Shown here: positions 24,901-39,900 of the stretch, piece after piece | How the letters are laid out: every line of letters begins with the position of its first letter | Position numbering within the stretch: the stretch's first letter is position 1 | Assembly: GCA_964016885.1 (NCBI GenBank) | Contig: OZ024742.1 | Coordinates: 70,990,001 to 71,054,000 of the forward strand | Source: Eledone cirrhosa | Taxonomy: Eukaryota | Direction of reading: 5' to 3' | Length of the DNA: 64,000 bases | Program-made: the position numbers and the translations under genes | The notes under the pieces: model-generated | What the model saw: the letters and a program-made list of their open reading frames with translations, nothing else | Database searches by the model: none | Told to the model about the DNA's origin: nothing

Positions 24901-27900
24901 AAGAAGCCAGTCATGTGTGTGTTTAGTAGACAGAAACTGAAGAACCCAGTCATGTGTGTGTTTAGTAGACAGAAGCTGAAGAAGCCAGTCATATGTGTGT
25001 TTAGTAGACAGAAACTGAAGAACCCAGTCATGTGTGTGTTTAGTAGACAGAAGCTGAAGAAGCCAGTCATGTGTGTGTTTAGTAGACAGAAGCTGAAGAA
25101 GCCAGTCATATGTGTGTTTAGTAGACAGAAGCTGAAGAAGCCAGTCATGTGTGTGTTTAGTTGACAGAAAGTGAAGAAGCCAGTCATATGCGTGTTTAGT
25201 AGACAGAAGCTGAAGAAGCCAGTCATGTGTGTGTTTAGTAGACAGAAACTGAAGAAGCCAGTCATGTGTGTGTTTAGTAGACAGAAGCTGAAGAAGCCAG
25301 TCATATGTGTGTTTAGTAGACAGAAACTGAAGAACCCAGTCATGTGTGTGTTTAGTAGACAGAAGCTGAAGAAGCCAGTCATGTGTGTGTTTAGTCGACA
25401 GAAACTGAAGAAGCCAGTCATATGTGTGTTTAGTAGACAGAAGCTGAAGAAGCCAGTCATGTGTGTGTTTAGTAGACAGAAACTGAAGAAGCCAGTCATA
25501 TGTGTGTTTAGTTGACAGAAACTGAAGCCAGTCATGTGTGTGTTTAATAGACAGAAACTGAAGAAGCCAATTATGTGTGTGTTTAGTAGACAGAAACTGA
25601 AGAAGCCAGTCATGTGTGTGTTTAGTTGACAGAAACTGAAGAAGCCAGTCATGTGTGTGTTTAGTAGACAGAAGCTGAAGAAGCCAGTCATATGTGTGTT
25701 TAGTAGACAGAAGCTGAAGAAGCCAGTCATGTGTGTGTTTCGTCGACAGAAACTGAAGAAGCCAGTCATGTGTGTGTTTAGTAGACAGAAGCTGAAGAAG
25801 CCAGTCATGTGTATGTTTAGTTGACAGAAACTGAAGAAGCCAGTCATATGTGTGTTTAGTTGACAGAAACTGAAGAACCCAGTCATGTGTGTGTTTAGTA
25901 GACAGAAGCTGAAGAAGCCAGTCATGTGTGTGTTTAGTAGACAGAAGCTGAAGAAGCCAGTCATATGTGTGTTTAGTAGACAGAAGCTGAAGAAGCCAGT
26001 CATGTGTGTGTTTAGTTGACAGAAAGTGAAGAAGCCAGTCATATGCGTGTTTAGTAGACAGAAGCTGAAGAAGCCAGTCATGTGTGTGTTTAGTAGACAG
26101 AAACTGAAGAAGCCAGTCATGTGTGTGTTTAGTAGACAGAAGCTGAAGAAGCCAGTCATATGTGTGTTTAGTAGACAGAAACTGAAGAACCCAGTCATGT
26201 GTGTGTTTAGTAGACAGAAGCTGAAGAAGCCAGTCATGTGTGTGTTTAGTCGACAGAAACTGAAGAAGCCAGTCATATGTGTGTTTAGTAGACAGAAGCT
26301 GAAGAAGCCAGTCATGTGTGTGTTTAGTAGACAGAAACTGAAGAAGCCAGTCATATGTGTGTTTAGTTGACAGAAACTGAAGCCAGTCATGTGTGTGTTT
26401 AATAGACAGAAACTGAAGAAGCCAATTATGTGTGTGTTTAGTAGACAGAAACTGAAGAAGCCAGTCATGTGTGTGTTTAGTTGACAGAAACTGAAGAAGC
26501 CAGTCATATGTGTGTTTAGTAGACAGAAGCTGAAGAAGCCAGTCATGTGTGTGTTTAGTTGACAGAAACTGAAGAAGCCAGTCATATGTGTGTTTAGTTG
26601 ACAGAAACTGAAGAACCCAGTCATGTGTGTGTTTAGTAGACAGAAGCTGAAGAAGCCAGTCATGTGTGTGTTTAGTAGACAGAAGCTGAAGAAGCCAGTC
26701 ATATGTGTGTTTTGTAGACAGAAACTGAAGAACCCAGTCATGTGTGTGTTTAGTAGACAGAAGCTGAAGAAGCCAGTCATGTGTGTGTTTAGTCGACAGA
26801 AACTGAAGAAGCCAGTCATATCTGTGTTTAGTAGACAGAAACTGAAGAAGCCAGTCATGTGTGTGTTTAGTAGACAGAAGCTGAAGAAGCCAGTCATGTG
26901 TATGTTTAGTTGACAGAAACTGAAGAAGCCAGTCATATGTGTGTTTAGTAGACAGAAGCTGAAGAAGCCAGTCATGTGTGTGTTTAGTTGACAGAAACTG
27001 AAGAAGCCAGTCATATGTGTGTTTAGTTGACAGAAACTGAAGAACCCAGTCATGTGTGTGTTTAGTAGACAGAAGCTGAAGAAGCCAGTCATGTGTGTGT
27101 TTAGTAGACAGAAACTGAAGAAGCCAGTCATGTGTGTGTTTAGTTGACAGAAAGTGAAGAAGCCAGTCATGTGTGTGTTTAGTTGACAGAAGCTGAAGAA
27201 GCCAGTCATGTGTGTGTTTAGTTGACAGAAAGTGAAGAAGCCAGTCATATGCGTGTTTAGTTGACAGAAGCTGAAGAAGCCAGTCATGTGTGTGTTTAGT
27301 AGACAGAAGCTGAAGAAGCCAGTCATGTGTGTGTTTAGTAGACAAAAACTGAAGACGCCAGTCATGTGTGTGTTTAGTAGACAGAAACTGAAGAAGCCGG
27401 TCATGTGTGTGTTTAGTAGACAGAAAGTGAAGAAACCAGTCATGTGTGTGTTTAGTAGACAGAAAGTGAAGAAGCCAGTCATGTGTGTGTTTAGTAGACA
27501 GAAACTGAAGAAGCCAGTCATGTGTGTGTTTAGTTGACAGAAACTGAAGCCAGTCATGTGTGTGTTTAGTTGACAGAAACTGAAGAAGCCAGTCATGTGT
27601 GTGTTTAGTTGACAGAAACTGAAGAAGCCAGTCATATGTGTGTTTAGTTGACAGAAACTGAAGAAGCCAGTCATGTGTGTGTTTAGTAGACAGAAACTTA
27701 AGAACCCAGTCATGTGTGTGTTTAGTAGACAGAAGCTGAAGAAGCCAGTCATGTGTGTGTTTAGTAGACTGAAGCTGAAGAAGCCAGTCATGTGTGTGTT
27801 TAGTAGATAGAAACTGAAGGCGCCAGTCATGTGTGTGTTTAGTAGACAGAAACTAAAGAAGCCAGTCATGTGTGTGTTTAATAGACAGAAACTGAAGAAG

Positions 27901-30900
27901 CCAGTCATGTGTGTGTTTAGTAGACAGAAACAGAAGAAGCCAGTCATGTGTGTGTTTAGTAGACAGAAGCTGAAGAAGCCAGTCATGTGTGTGTTTAGTA
28001 GACAGAAGCTGAAGAAGCCCGTCATGTGTGTGTTTAGTAGACAGAAGCTGAAGAAGCCAGTCATATGTGTGTTTAGTAGACAGAAACTGAAGAACCCAGT
28101 CATGTGTGTGTTTAGTAGACAGAAGCTGAAGAAGCCAGTCATGTGTGTGTTTCGTCGACAGAAACTGAAGAAGCCAGTCATATGTGTGTTTAGTAGACAG
28201 TAACTGAAGAAGCCAGTCATGTGTGTGTTTAGTAGACAGAAGCTGAAGAAGCCAGTCATGTGTATGTTTAGTTGACAGAAACTGAAGAAGCCAGTCATAT
28301 GTGTGTTTAGTAGACAGAAGCTGAAGAAGCCAGTCATGTGTGTGTTTAGTTGACAGAAACTGAAGAAGCCAGTCATATGTGTGTTTAGTTGACAGAAACT
28401 GAAGAACCCAGTCATGTGTGTGTTTAGTAGACAGAAGCTGAAGAAGCCAGTCATGTGTGTGTTTAGTAGACAGAAGCTGAAGAAGCCAGTCATATGTGTG
28501 TTTAGTAGACAGAAGCTGAAGAAGCCAGTCATGTGTGTGTTTAGTTGACAGAAAGTGAAGAAGCCAGTCATATGCGTGTTTAGTAGACAGAAGCTGAAGA
28601 AGCCAGTCATGTGTGTGTTTAGTAGACAGAAGCTGAAGAAGCCAGTCATGTGTGTGTTTAGTAGACAGAAGCTGAAGAAGCCAGTCATGTGTGTGTTTAG
28701 TAGACAGAAGCTGAAGAAGCCAGTCATATGTGTGTTTAGTAGACAGAAACTGAAGAACCCAGTCATGTGTGTGTTTAGTAGACAGAAGCTGAAGAAGCCA
28801 GTCATGTGTGTGTTTAGTAGACAGAAACTGAAGAAGCCAGTCATGTGTGTGTTGAGTAGACAGAAACTGAAGAAGCCAGTCATGTGTGTGTTTAGTTGAC
28901 AGAAACTGAAGAAGCCAGTCATGTGTGTGTTGAGTAGACAGAAACTGAAGAAGCCAGTCATGTGTGTGTTTAGTAGATAGAAACTGAAGGCGCCAGTCAT
29001 GTGTGTGTTTAGTAGACAGAAACTAAAGAAGCCAGTCATGTGTGTGTTTAATAGACAGAAACTGAAGAAGCCAGTCATGTGTGTGTTTAGTAGACAGAAA
29101 CAGAAGAAGCCAGTCATGTGTGTGTTTAGTAGACAGAAGCTGAAGAAGCCAGTCATGTGTGTGTTTAGTAGACAGAAGCTGAAGAAGCCAGTCATGTGTG
29201 TGTTTAGTAGACAGAAGCTGAAGAAGCCAGTCATATGTGTGTTTAGTAGACAGAAACTGAAGAACCCAGTCATGTGTGTGTTTAGTAGACAGAAGCTGAA
29301 GAAGCCAGTCATGTGTGTGTTTCGTCGACAGAAACTGAAGAAGCCAGTCATATGTGTGTTTAGTAGACAGAAACTGAAGAAGCCAGTCATGTGTGTGTTT
29401 AGTAGACAGAAGCTGAAGAAGCCAGTCATGTGTATGTTTAGTTGACAGAAACTGAAGAAGCCAGTCATATGTGTGTTTAGTAGACAGAAGCTGAAGAAGC
29501 CAGTCATGTGTGTGTTTAGTTGACAGAAACTGAAGAAGCCAGTCATATGTGTGTTTAGTTGACAGAAACTGAAGAACCCAGTCATGTGTGTGTTTAGTAG
29601 ACAGAAGCTGAAGAAGCCAGTCATGTGTGTGTTTAGTAGACAGAAGCTGAAGAAGCCAGTCATATGTGTGTTTAGTAGACAGAAGCTGAAGAAGCCAGTC
29701 ATGTGTGTGTTTAGTTGACAGAAAGTGAAGAAGCCAGTCATATGCGTGTTTAGTAGACAGAAGCTGAAGAAGCCAGTCATGTGTGTGTTTAGTAGACAGA
29801 AACTGAAGAAGCCAGTCATGTGTGTGTTTAGTAGACAGAAGCTGAAGAAGCCAGTCATATGTGTGTTTAGTAGACAGAAACTGAAGAACCCAGTCATGTG
29901 TGTGTTTAGTAGACAGAAGCTGAAGAAGCCAGTCATGTGTGTGTTTAGTCGACAGAAACTGAAGAAGCCAGTCATATGTGTGTTTAGTAGACAGAAGCTG
30001 AAGAAGCCAGTCATGTGTGTGTTTAGTAGACAGAAACTGAAGAAGCCAGTCATATGTGTGTTTAGTTGACAGAAACTGAAGCCAGTCATGTGTGTGTTTA
30101 ATAGACAGAAACTGAAGAAGCCAATTATGTGTGTGTTTAGTAGACAGAAACTGAAGAAGCCAGTCATGTGTGTGTTTAGTTGACAGAAACTGAAGAAGCC
30201 AGTCATGTGTGTGTTTAGTAGACAGAAGCTGAAGAAGCCAGTCATATGTGTGTTTAGTAGACAGAAGCTGAAGAAGCCAGTCATGTGTGTGTTTCGTCGA
30301 CAGAAACTGAAGAAGCCAGTCATGTGTGTGTTTAGTAGACAGAAGCTGAAGAAGCCAGTCATGTGTATGTTTAGTTGACAGAAACTGAAGAAGCCAGTCA
30401 TATGTGTGTTTAGTTGACAGAAACTGAAGAACCCAGTCATGTGTGTGTTTAGTAGACAGAAGCTGAAGAAGCCAGTCATGTGTGTGTTTAGTAGACAGAA
30501 GCTGAAGAAGCCAGTCATATGTGTGTTTAGTAGACAGAAGCTGAAGAAGCCAGTCATGTGTGTGTTTAGTTGACAGAAAGTGAAGAAGCCAGTCATATGC
30601 GTGTTTAGTAGACAGAAGCTGAAGAAGCCAGTCATGTGTGTGTTTAGTAGACAGAAACTGAAGAAGCCAGTCATGTGTGTGTTTAGTAGACAGAAGCTGA
30701 AGAAGCCAGTCATATGTGTGTTTAGTAGACAGAAACTGAAGAACCCAGTCATGTGTGTGTTTAGTAGACAGAAGCTGAAGAAGCCAGTCATGTGTGTGTT
30801 TAGTCGACAGAAACTGAAGAAGCCAGTCATATGTGTGTTTAGTAGACAGAAGCTGAAGAAGCCAGTCATGTGTGTGTTTAGTAGACAGAAACTGAAGAAG

Positions 30901-33900
30901 CCAGTCATATGTGTGTTTAGTTGACAGAAACTGAAGCCAGTCATGTGTGTGTTTAATAGACAGAAACTGAAGAAGCCAATTATGTGTGTGTTTAGTAGAC
31001 AGAAACTGAAGAAGCCAGTCATGTGTGTGTTTAGTTGACAGAAACTGAAGAAGCCAGTCATATGTGTGTTTAGTAGACAGAAGCTGAAGAAGCCAGTCAT
31101 GTGTGTGTTTAGTTGACAGAAACTGAAGAAGCCAGTCATATGTGTGTTTAGTTGACAGAAACTGAAGAACCCAGTCATGTGTGTGTTTAGTAGACAGAAG
31201 CTGAAGAAGCCAGTCATATGTGTGTTTTGTAGACAGAAACTGAAGAACCCAGTCATGTGTGTGTTTAGTAGACAGAAGCTGAAGAAGCCAGTCATGTGTG
31301 TGTTTAGTCGACAGAAACTGAAGAAGCCAGTCATATGTGTGTTTAGTAGACAGAAACTGAAGAAGCCAGTCATGTGTGTGTTTAGTAGACAGAAGCTGAA
31401 GAAGCCAGTCATGTGTATGTTTAGTTGACAGAAACTGAAGAAGCCAGTCATATGTGTGTTTAGTAGACAGAAGCTGAAGAAGCCAGTCATGTGTGTGTTT
31501 AGTTGACAGAAACTGAAGAAGCCAGTCATATGTGTGTTTAGTTGACAGAAACTGAAGAACCCAGTCATGTGTGTGTTTAGTAGACAGAAGCTGAAGAAGC
31601 CAGTCATGTGTGTGTTTAGTAGACAGAAGCTGAAGAAGCCAGTCATATGTGTGTTTAGTAGACAGAAGCTGAAGAAGCCAGTCATGTGTGTGTTTAGTTG
31701 ACAGAAAGTGAAGAAGCCAGTCATATGCGTGTTTAGTTGACAGAAGCTGAAGAAGCCAGTCATGTGTGTGTTTAGTAGACAGAAGCTGAAGAAGCCAGTC
31801 ATGTGTGTGTTTAGTAGACAAAAACTGAAGACGCCAGTCATGTGTGTGTTTAGTAGACAGAAACTGAAGAAGCCGGTCATGTGTGTGTTTAGTAGACAGA
31901 AAGTGAAGAAACCAGTCATGTGTGTGTTTAGTAGACAGAAAGTGAAGAAGCCAGTCATGTGTGTGTTTAGTAGACAGAAACTGAAGAAGCCAGTCATGTG
32001 TGTGTTTAGTTGACAGAAACTGAAGCCAGTCATGTGTGTGTTTAGTTGACAGAAACTGAAGAAGCCAGTCATGTGTGTGTTTAGTTGACAGAAACTGAAG
32101 AAGCCAGTCATATGTGTGTTTAGTTGACAGAAACTGAAGAAGCCAGTCATGTGTGTGTTTAGTAGACAGAAACTTAAGAACCCAGTCATGTGTGTGTTTA
32201 GTAGACAGAAGCTGAAGAAGCCAGTCATGTGTGTGTTTAGTAGACTGAAGCTGAAGAAGCCAGTCATGTGTGTGTTTAGTAGATAGAAACTGAAGGCGCC
32301 AGTCATGTGTGTGTTTAGTAGACAGAAACTAAAGAAGCCAGTCATGTGTGTGTTTAATAGACAGAAACTGAAGAAGCCAGTCATGTGTGTGTTTAGTAGA
32401 CAGAAACAGAAGAAGCCAGTCATGTGTGTGTTTAGTAGACAGAAGCTGAAGAAGCCAGTCATGTGTGTGTTTAGTAGACAGAAGCTGAAGAAGCCCGTCA
32501 TGTGTGTGTTTAGTAGACAGAAGCTGAAGAAGCCAGTCATATGTGTGTTTAGTAGACAGAAACTGAAGAACCCAGTCATGTGTGTGTTTAGTAGACAGAA
32601 GCTGAAGAAGCCAGTCATGTGTGTGTTTCGTCGACAGAAACTGAAGAAGCCAGTCATATGTGTGTTTAGTAGACAGTAACTGAAGAAGCCAGTCATGTGT
32701 GTGTTTAGTAGACAGAAGCTGAAGAAGCCAGTCATGTGTATGTTTAGTTGACAGAAACTGAAGAAGCCAGTCATATGTGTGTTTAGTAGACAGAAGCTGA
32801 AGAAGCCAGTCATGTGTGTGTTTAGTTGACAGAAACTGAAGAAGCCAGTCATATGTGTGTTTAGTTGACAGAAACTGAAGAACCCAGTCATGTGTGTGTT
32901 TAGTAGACAGAAGCTGAAGAAGCCAGTCATGTGTGTGTTTAGTAGACAGAAGCTGAAGAAGCCAGTCATATGTGTGTTTAGTAGACAGAAGCTGAAGAAG
33001 CCAGTCATGTGTGTGTTTAGTTGACAGAAAGTGAAGAAGCCAGTCATATGCGTGTTTAGTAGACAGAAGCTGAAGAAGCCAGTCATGTGTGTGTTTAGTA
33101 GACAGAAGCTGAAGAAGCCAGTCATGTGTGTGTTTAGTAGACAGAAGCTGAAGAAGCCAGTCATGTGTGTGTTTAGTAGACAGAAGCTGAAGAAGCCAGT
33201 CATGTGTGTGTTTAGTAGACAGAAGCTGAAGAAGCCAGTCATGTGTGTGTTTAGTAGACAGAAGCTGAAGAAGCCAGTCATATGTGTGTTTAGTAGACAG
33301 AAACTGAAGAACCCAGTCATGTGTGTGTTTAGTAGACAGAAGCTGAAGAAGCCAGTCATGTGTGTGTTTAGTAGACAGAAACTGAAGAAGCCAGTCATGT
33401 GTGTGTTGAGTAGACAGAAACTGAAGAAGCCAGTCATGTGTGTGTTTAGTTGACAGAAACTGAAGAAGCCAGTCATGTGTGTGTTGAGTAGACAGAAACT
33501 GAAGAAGCCAGTCATGTGTGTGTTTAGTTGACAGAAACTGAAGAACCCAGTCATGTGTGTGTTTAGTAGACAGAAGCTGAAGAAGCCAGTCATGTGTATG
33601 TTTAGTTGACAGAAACTGAAGAAGCCAGTCATGTGTATGTTTAGTTGACAGAAACTGAAGAAGCCAGTCATGTGTGTGTTGAGTAGACAGAAACTGAAGA
33701 AGCCAGTCATGTGTGTGTTTAGTTGACAGAAACTGAAGAAGCCAGTCATGTGTGTGTTTAGTTGACAGAAACTGAAGAAGCCAGTCATGTGTATGTTTAG
33801 TTGACAGAAACTGAAGAAGCCAGTCATGTGTGTGTTGAGTAGACAGAAACTGAAGAAGCCAGTCATGTGTGTGTTTAGTTGACAGAAACTGAAGAAGCCA

Positions 33901-36900
33901 GTCATGTGTATGTTTAGTTGACAGAAACTGAAGAAGCCAGTCATGTGTGTGTTGAGTAGACAGAAACTGAAGAAGCCAGTCATGTGTGTGTTTAGTTGAC
34001 AGAAACTGAAGCCAGTCACGTGTGTGTTTAGTAGACAGAAACTGAAGACGCCAGTCATGTGTGTGTTTAGTAGACAGAAACTGAAGAAGCCGGTCATGTG
34101 TGTGTTGAGTAGACAGAAGCTGAAGAAGCCAGTCATGTGTATGTTTAGTTGACAGAAACTGAAGAAGCCAGTCATGTGTGTGTTGAGTAGACAGAAGCTG
34201 AAGAAGCCAGTCATGTGTATGTTTAGTTGACAGAAACTGAAGAAGCCAGTCATGTGTGTGTTGAGTAGACAGAAACTGAAGAAGCCAGTCATGTGTGTGT
34301 TTAGTTGACAGAAACTGAAGCCAGTCACGTGTGTGTTTAGTAGACAGAAACTGAAGACGCCAGTCATGTGTGTGTTTAGTAGACAGAAACTGAAGAAGCC
34401 GGTCATGTGTGTGTTTAGTAGACAGAAAGTAAAGAAACCAGTCATGTGTGTGTTTAGTAGACAGAAAGTGAAGAAGCCAGTCATGTGTGTGTTTAGTAGA
34501 CAGAAACTGAAGAAGCCAGTCATGTGTGTGTTTAGTTGACAGAAACTGAAGCCAGTCATGTGTGTGTTTAGTTGACAGAAACTGAAGAAGCCAGTCATGT
34601 GTGTGTTTAGTTGACAGAAACTGAAGAAGCCAGTCATATGTGTGTTTAGTTGACAGAAACTGAAGAAGCCAGTCATGTGTGTGTTTAGTAGACAGAAACT
34701 TAAGAACCCAGTCATGTGTGTGTTTAGTAGACAGAAGCTGAAGAAGCCAGTCATGTGTGTGTTTAGTAGACTGAAGCTGAAGAAGCCAGTCATGTGTGTG
34801 TTTAGTAGATAGAAACTGAAGGCGCCAGTCATGTGTGTGTTTAGTAGACAGAAACTAAAGAAGCCAGTCATGTGTGTGTTTAATAGACAGAAACTGAAGA
34901 AGCCAGTCATGTGTGTGTTTAGTAGACAGAAACAGAAGAAGCCAGTCATGTGTGTGTTTAGTAGACAGAAGCTGAAGAAGCCAGTCATGTGTGTGTTTAG
35001 TAGACAGAAGCTGAAGAAGCCAGTCATGTGTGTGTTTAGTAGACAGAAGCTGAAGAAGCCAGTCATATGTGTGTTTAGTAGACAGAAACTGAAGAACCCA
35101 GTCATGTGTGTGTTTAGTAGACAGAAGCTGAAGAAGCCAGTCATGTGTGTGTTTCGTCGACAGAAACTGAAGAAGCCAGTCATATGTGTGTTTAGTAGAC
35201 AGAAACTGAAGAAGCCAGTCATGTGTGTGTTTAGTAGACAGAAGCTGAAGAAGCCAGTCATGTGTATGTTTAGTTGACAGAAACTGAAGAAGCCAGTCAT
35301 ATGTGTGTTTAGTAGACAGAAGCTGAAGAAGCGAGTCATGTGTGTGTTTAGTTGACAGAAACTGAAGAAGCCAGTCATATGTGTGTTTAGTTGACAGAAA
35401 CTGAAGAACCCAGTCATGTGTGTGTTTAGTAGACAGAAGCTGAAGAAGCCAGTCATGTGTGTGTTTAGTAGACAGAAGCTGAAGAAGCCAGTCATATGTG
35501 TGTTTAGTAGACAGAAGCTGAAGAAGCCAGTCATGTGTGTGTTTAGTTGACAGAAAGTGAAGAAGCCAGTCATATGCGTGTTTAGTAGACAGAAGCTGAA
35601 GAAGACAGTCATGTGTGTGTTTAGTAGACAGAAACTGAAGAAGCCAGTCATGTGTGTGTTTAGTAGACAGAAGCTGAAGAAGCCAGTCATATGTGTGTTT
35701 AGTAGACAGAAACTGAAGAACCCAGTCATGTGTGTGTTTAGTAGACAGAAGCTGAAGAAGCCAGTCATGTGTGTGTTTAGTCGACAGAAACTGAAGAAGC
35801 CAGTCATATGTGTGTTTAGTAGACAGAAGCTGAAGAAGCCAGTCATGTGTGTGTTTAGTAGACAGAAACTGAAGAAGCCAGTCATATGTGTGTTTAGTTG
35901 ACAGAAACTGAAGCCAGTCATGTGTGTGTTTAATAGACAGAAACTGAAGAAGCCAATTATGTGTGTGTTTAGTAGACAGAAACTGAAGAAGCCAGTCATG
36001 TGTGTGTTTAGTTGACAGAAACTGAAGAAGCCAGTCATATGTGTGTTTAGTAGACAGAAGCTGAAGAAGCCAGTCATGTGTGTGTTTAGTTGACAGAAAC
36101 TGAAGAAGCCAGTCATATGTGTGTTTAGTTGACAGAAACTGAAGAACCCAGTCATGTGTGTGTTTAGTAGACAGAAGCTGAAGAAGCCAGTCATGTGTGT
36201 GTTTAGTAGACAGAAGCTGAAGAAGCCAGTCATATGTGTGTTTTGTAGACAGAAACTGAAGAACCCAGTCATGTGTGTGTTTAGTAGACAGAAGCTGAAG
36301 AAGCCAGTCATGTGTGTGTTTAGTCGACAGAAACTGAAGAAGCCAGTCATATGTGTGTTTAGTAGACAGAAACTGAAGAAGCCAGTCATGTGTGTGTTTA
36401 GTAGACAGAAGCTGAAGAAGCCAGTCATGTGTATGTTTAGTTGACAGAAACTGAAGAAGCCAGTCATATGTGTGTTTAGTAGACAGAAGCTGAAGAAGCC
36501 AGTCATGTGTGTGTTTAGTTGACAGAAACTGAAGAAGCCAGTCATATGTGTGTTTAGTTGACAGAAACTGAAGAACCCAGTCATGTGTGTGTTTAGTAGA
36601 CAGAAGCTGAAGAAGCCAGTCATGTGTGTGTTTAGTAGACAGAAGCTGAAGAAGCCAGTCATATGTGTGTTTAGTAGACAGAAGCTGAAGAAGCCAGTCA
36701 TGTGTGTGTTTAGTTGACAGAAAGTGAAGAAGCCAGTCATATGCGTGTTTAGTTGACAGAAGCTGAAGAAGCCAGTCATGTGTGTGTTTAGTAGACAGAA
36801 GCTGAAGAAGCCAGTCATGTGTGTGTTTAGTAGACAGAAACTGAAGACGCCAGTCATGTGTGTGTTTAGTAGACAGAAACTGAAGAAGCCGGTCATGTGT

Positions 36901-39900
36901 GTGTTTAGTAGACAGAAAGTGAAGAAACCAGTCATGTGTGTGTTTAGTAGACAGAAAGTGAAGAAGCCAGTCATGTGTGTGTTTAGTAGACAGAAACTGA
37001 AGAAGCCAGTCATGTGTGTGTTTAGTTGACAGAAACTGAAGCCAGTCATGTGTGTGTTTAGTTGACAGAAACTGAAGAAGCCAGTCATGTGTGTGTTTAG
37101 TTGACAGAAACTGAAGAAGCCAGTCATATGTGTGTTTAGTTGACAGAAACTGAAGAAGCCAGTCATGTGTGTGTTTAGTAGACAGAAACTTAAGAACCCA
37201 GTCATGTGTGTGTTTAGTAGACAGAAGCTGAAGAAGCCAGTCATGTGTGTGTTTAGTAGACTGAAGCTGAAGAAGCCAGTCATGTGTGTGTTTAGTAGAT
37301 AGAAACTGAAGGCGCCAGTCATGTGTGTGTTTAGTAGACAGAAACTAAAGAAGCCAGTCATGTGTGTGTTTAATAGACAGAAACTGAAGAAGCCAGTCAT
37401 GTGTGTGTTTAGTAGACAGAAACAGAAGAAGCCAGTCATGTGTGTGTTTAGTAGACAGAAGCTGAAGAAGCCAGTCATGTGTGTGTTTAGTAGACAGAAG
37501 CTGAAGAAGCCAGTCATGTGTGTGTTTAGTAGACAGAAGCTGAAGAAGCCAGTCATATGTGTGTTTAGTAGACAGAAACTGAAGAACCCAGTCATGTGTG
37601 TGTTTAGTAGACAGAAGCTGAAGAAGCCAGTCATGTGTGTGTTTCGTCGACAGAAACTGAAGAAGCCAGTCATATGTGTGTTTAGTAGACAGAAACTGAA
37701 GAAGCCAGTCATGTGTGTGTTTAGTAGACAGAAGCTGATGAAGCCAGTCATGTGTATGTTTAGTTGACAGAAACTGAAGAAGCCAGTCATATGTGTGTTT
37801 AGTAGACAGAAGCTGAAGAAGCCAGTCATGTGTGTGTTTAGTTGACAGAAACTGAAGAAGCCAGTCATATGTGTGTTTAGTTGACAGAAACTGAAGAACC
37901 CAGTCATGTGTGTGTTTAGTAGACAGAAGCTGAAGAAGCCAGTCATGTGTGTGTTTAGTAGACAGAAGCTGAAGAAGCCAGTCATATGTGTGTTTAGTAG
38001 ACAGAAGCTGAAGAAGCCAGTCATGTGTGTGTTTAGTTGACAGAAAGTGAAGAAGCCAGTCATATGCGTGTTTAGTAGACAGAAGCTGAAGAAGCCAGTC
38101 ATGTGTGTGTTTAGTAGACAGAAGCTGAAGAAGCCAGTCATGTGTGTGTTTAGTAGACAGAAGCTGAAGAAGCCAGTCATGTGTGTGTTTAGTAGACAGA
38201 AGCTGAAGAAGCCAGTCATGTGTGTGTTTAGTAGACAGAAGCTGAAGAAGCCAGTCATGTGTGTGTTTAGTAGACAGAAGCTGAAGAAGCCAGTCATATG
38301 TGTGTTTAGTTGACAGAAACTGAAGAAGCCAGTCATGTGTGTGTTGAGTAGACAGAAACTGAAGAACCCAGTCATGTGTGTGTTTAGTAGACAGAAGCTG
38401 AAGAAGCCAGTCATGTGTATGTTTAGTTGACAGAAACTGAAGAAGCCAGTCATGTGTGTGTTTAGTAGACAGAAGCTGAAGAACCCAGTCATGTGTGTGT
38501 TTAGTAGACAGAAGCTGAAGAAGCCAGTCATGTGTATGTTTAGTTGACAGAAACTGAAGAAGCCAGTCATGTGTGTGTTGAGTAGACAGAAACTGAAGAA
38601 CCCAGTCATGTGTGTGTTTAGTAGACAGAAGCTGAAGAAGCCAGTCATGTGTATGTTTAGTTGACAGAAACTGAAGAAGCCAGTCATGTGTGTGTTGAGT
38701 AGACAGAAACTGAAGAAGCCAGTCATGTGTGTGTTTAGTTGACAGAAACTGAAGAAGCCAGTCATGTGTGTGTTTAGTAGACAGAAACTTAAGAACCCAG
38801 TCATGTGTGTGTTTAGTAGACAGAAGCTGAAGAAGCCAGTCATGTGTGTGTTTAGTAGACTGAAGCTGAAGAAGCCAGTCATGTGTGTGTTTAGTAGATA
38901 GAAACTGAAGGCGCCAGTCATGTGTGTGTTTAGTAGACAGAAACTAAAGAAGCCAGTCATGTGTGTGTTTAATAGACAGAAACTGAAGAAGCCAGTCATG
39001 TGTGTGTTTAGTAGACAGAAACAGAAGAAGCCAGTCATGTGTGTGTTTAGTAGACAGAAGCTGAAGAAGCCAGTCATGTGTGTGTTTAGTAGACAGAAGC
39101 TGAAGAAGCCAGTCATGTGTGTGTTTAGTAGACAGAAGCTGAAGAAGCCAGTCATATGTGTGTTTAGTAGACAGAAACTGAAGAACCCAGTCATGTGTGT
39201 GTTTAGTAGACAGAAGCTGAAGAAGCCAGTCATGTGTGTGTTTCGTCGACAGAAACTGAAGAAGCCAGTCATATGTGTGTTTAGTAGACAGAAACTGAAG
39301 AAGCCAGTCATGTGTGTGTTTAGTAGACAGAAGCTGAAGAAGCCAGTCATGTGTATGTTTAGTTGACAGAAACTGAAGAAGCCAGTCATATGTGTGTTTA
39401 GTAGACAGAAGCTGAAGAAGCCAGTCATGTGTGTGTTTAGTTGACAGAAACTGAAGAAGCCAGTCATATGTGTGTTTAGTTGACAGAAACTGAAGAACCC
39501 AGTCATGTGTGTGTTTAGTAGACAGAAGCTGAAGAAGCCAGTCATGTGTGTGTTTAGTAGACAGAAGCTGAAGAAGCCAGTCATATGTGTGTTTAGTAGA
39601 CAGAAGCTGAAGAAGCCAGTCATGTGTGTGTTTAGTTGACAGAAAGTGAAGAAGCCAGTCATATGCGTGTTTAGTAGACAGAAGCTGAAGAAGCCAGTCA
39701 TGTGTGTGTTTAGTAGACAGAAACTGAAGAAGCCAGTCATGTGTGTGTTTAGTAGACAGAAGCTGAAGAAGCCAGTCATATGTGTGTTTAGTAGACAGAA
39801 ACTGAAGAACCCAGTCATGTGTGTGTTTAGTAGACAGAAGCTGAAGAAGCCAGTCATGTGTGTGTTTAGTCGACAGAAACTGAAGAAGCCAGTCATATGT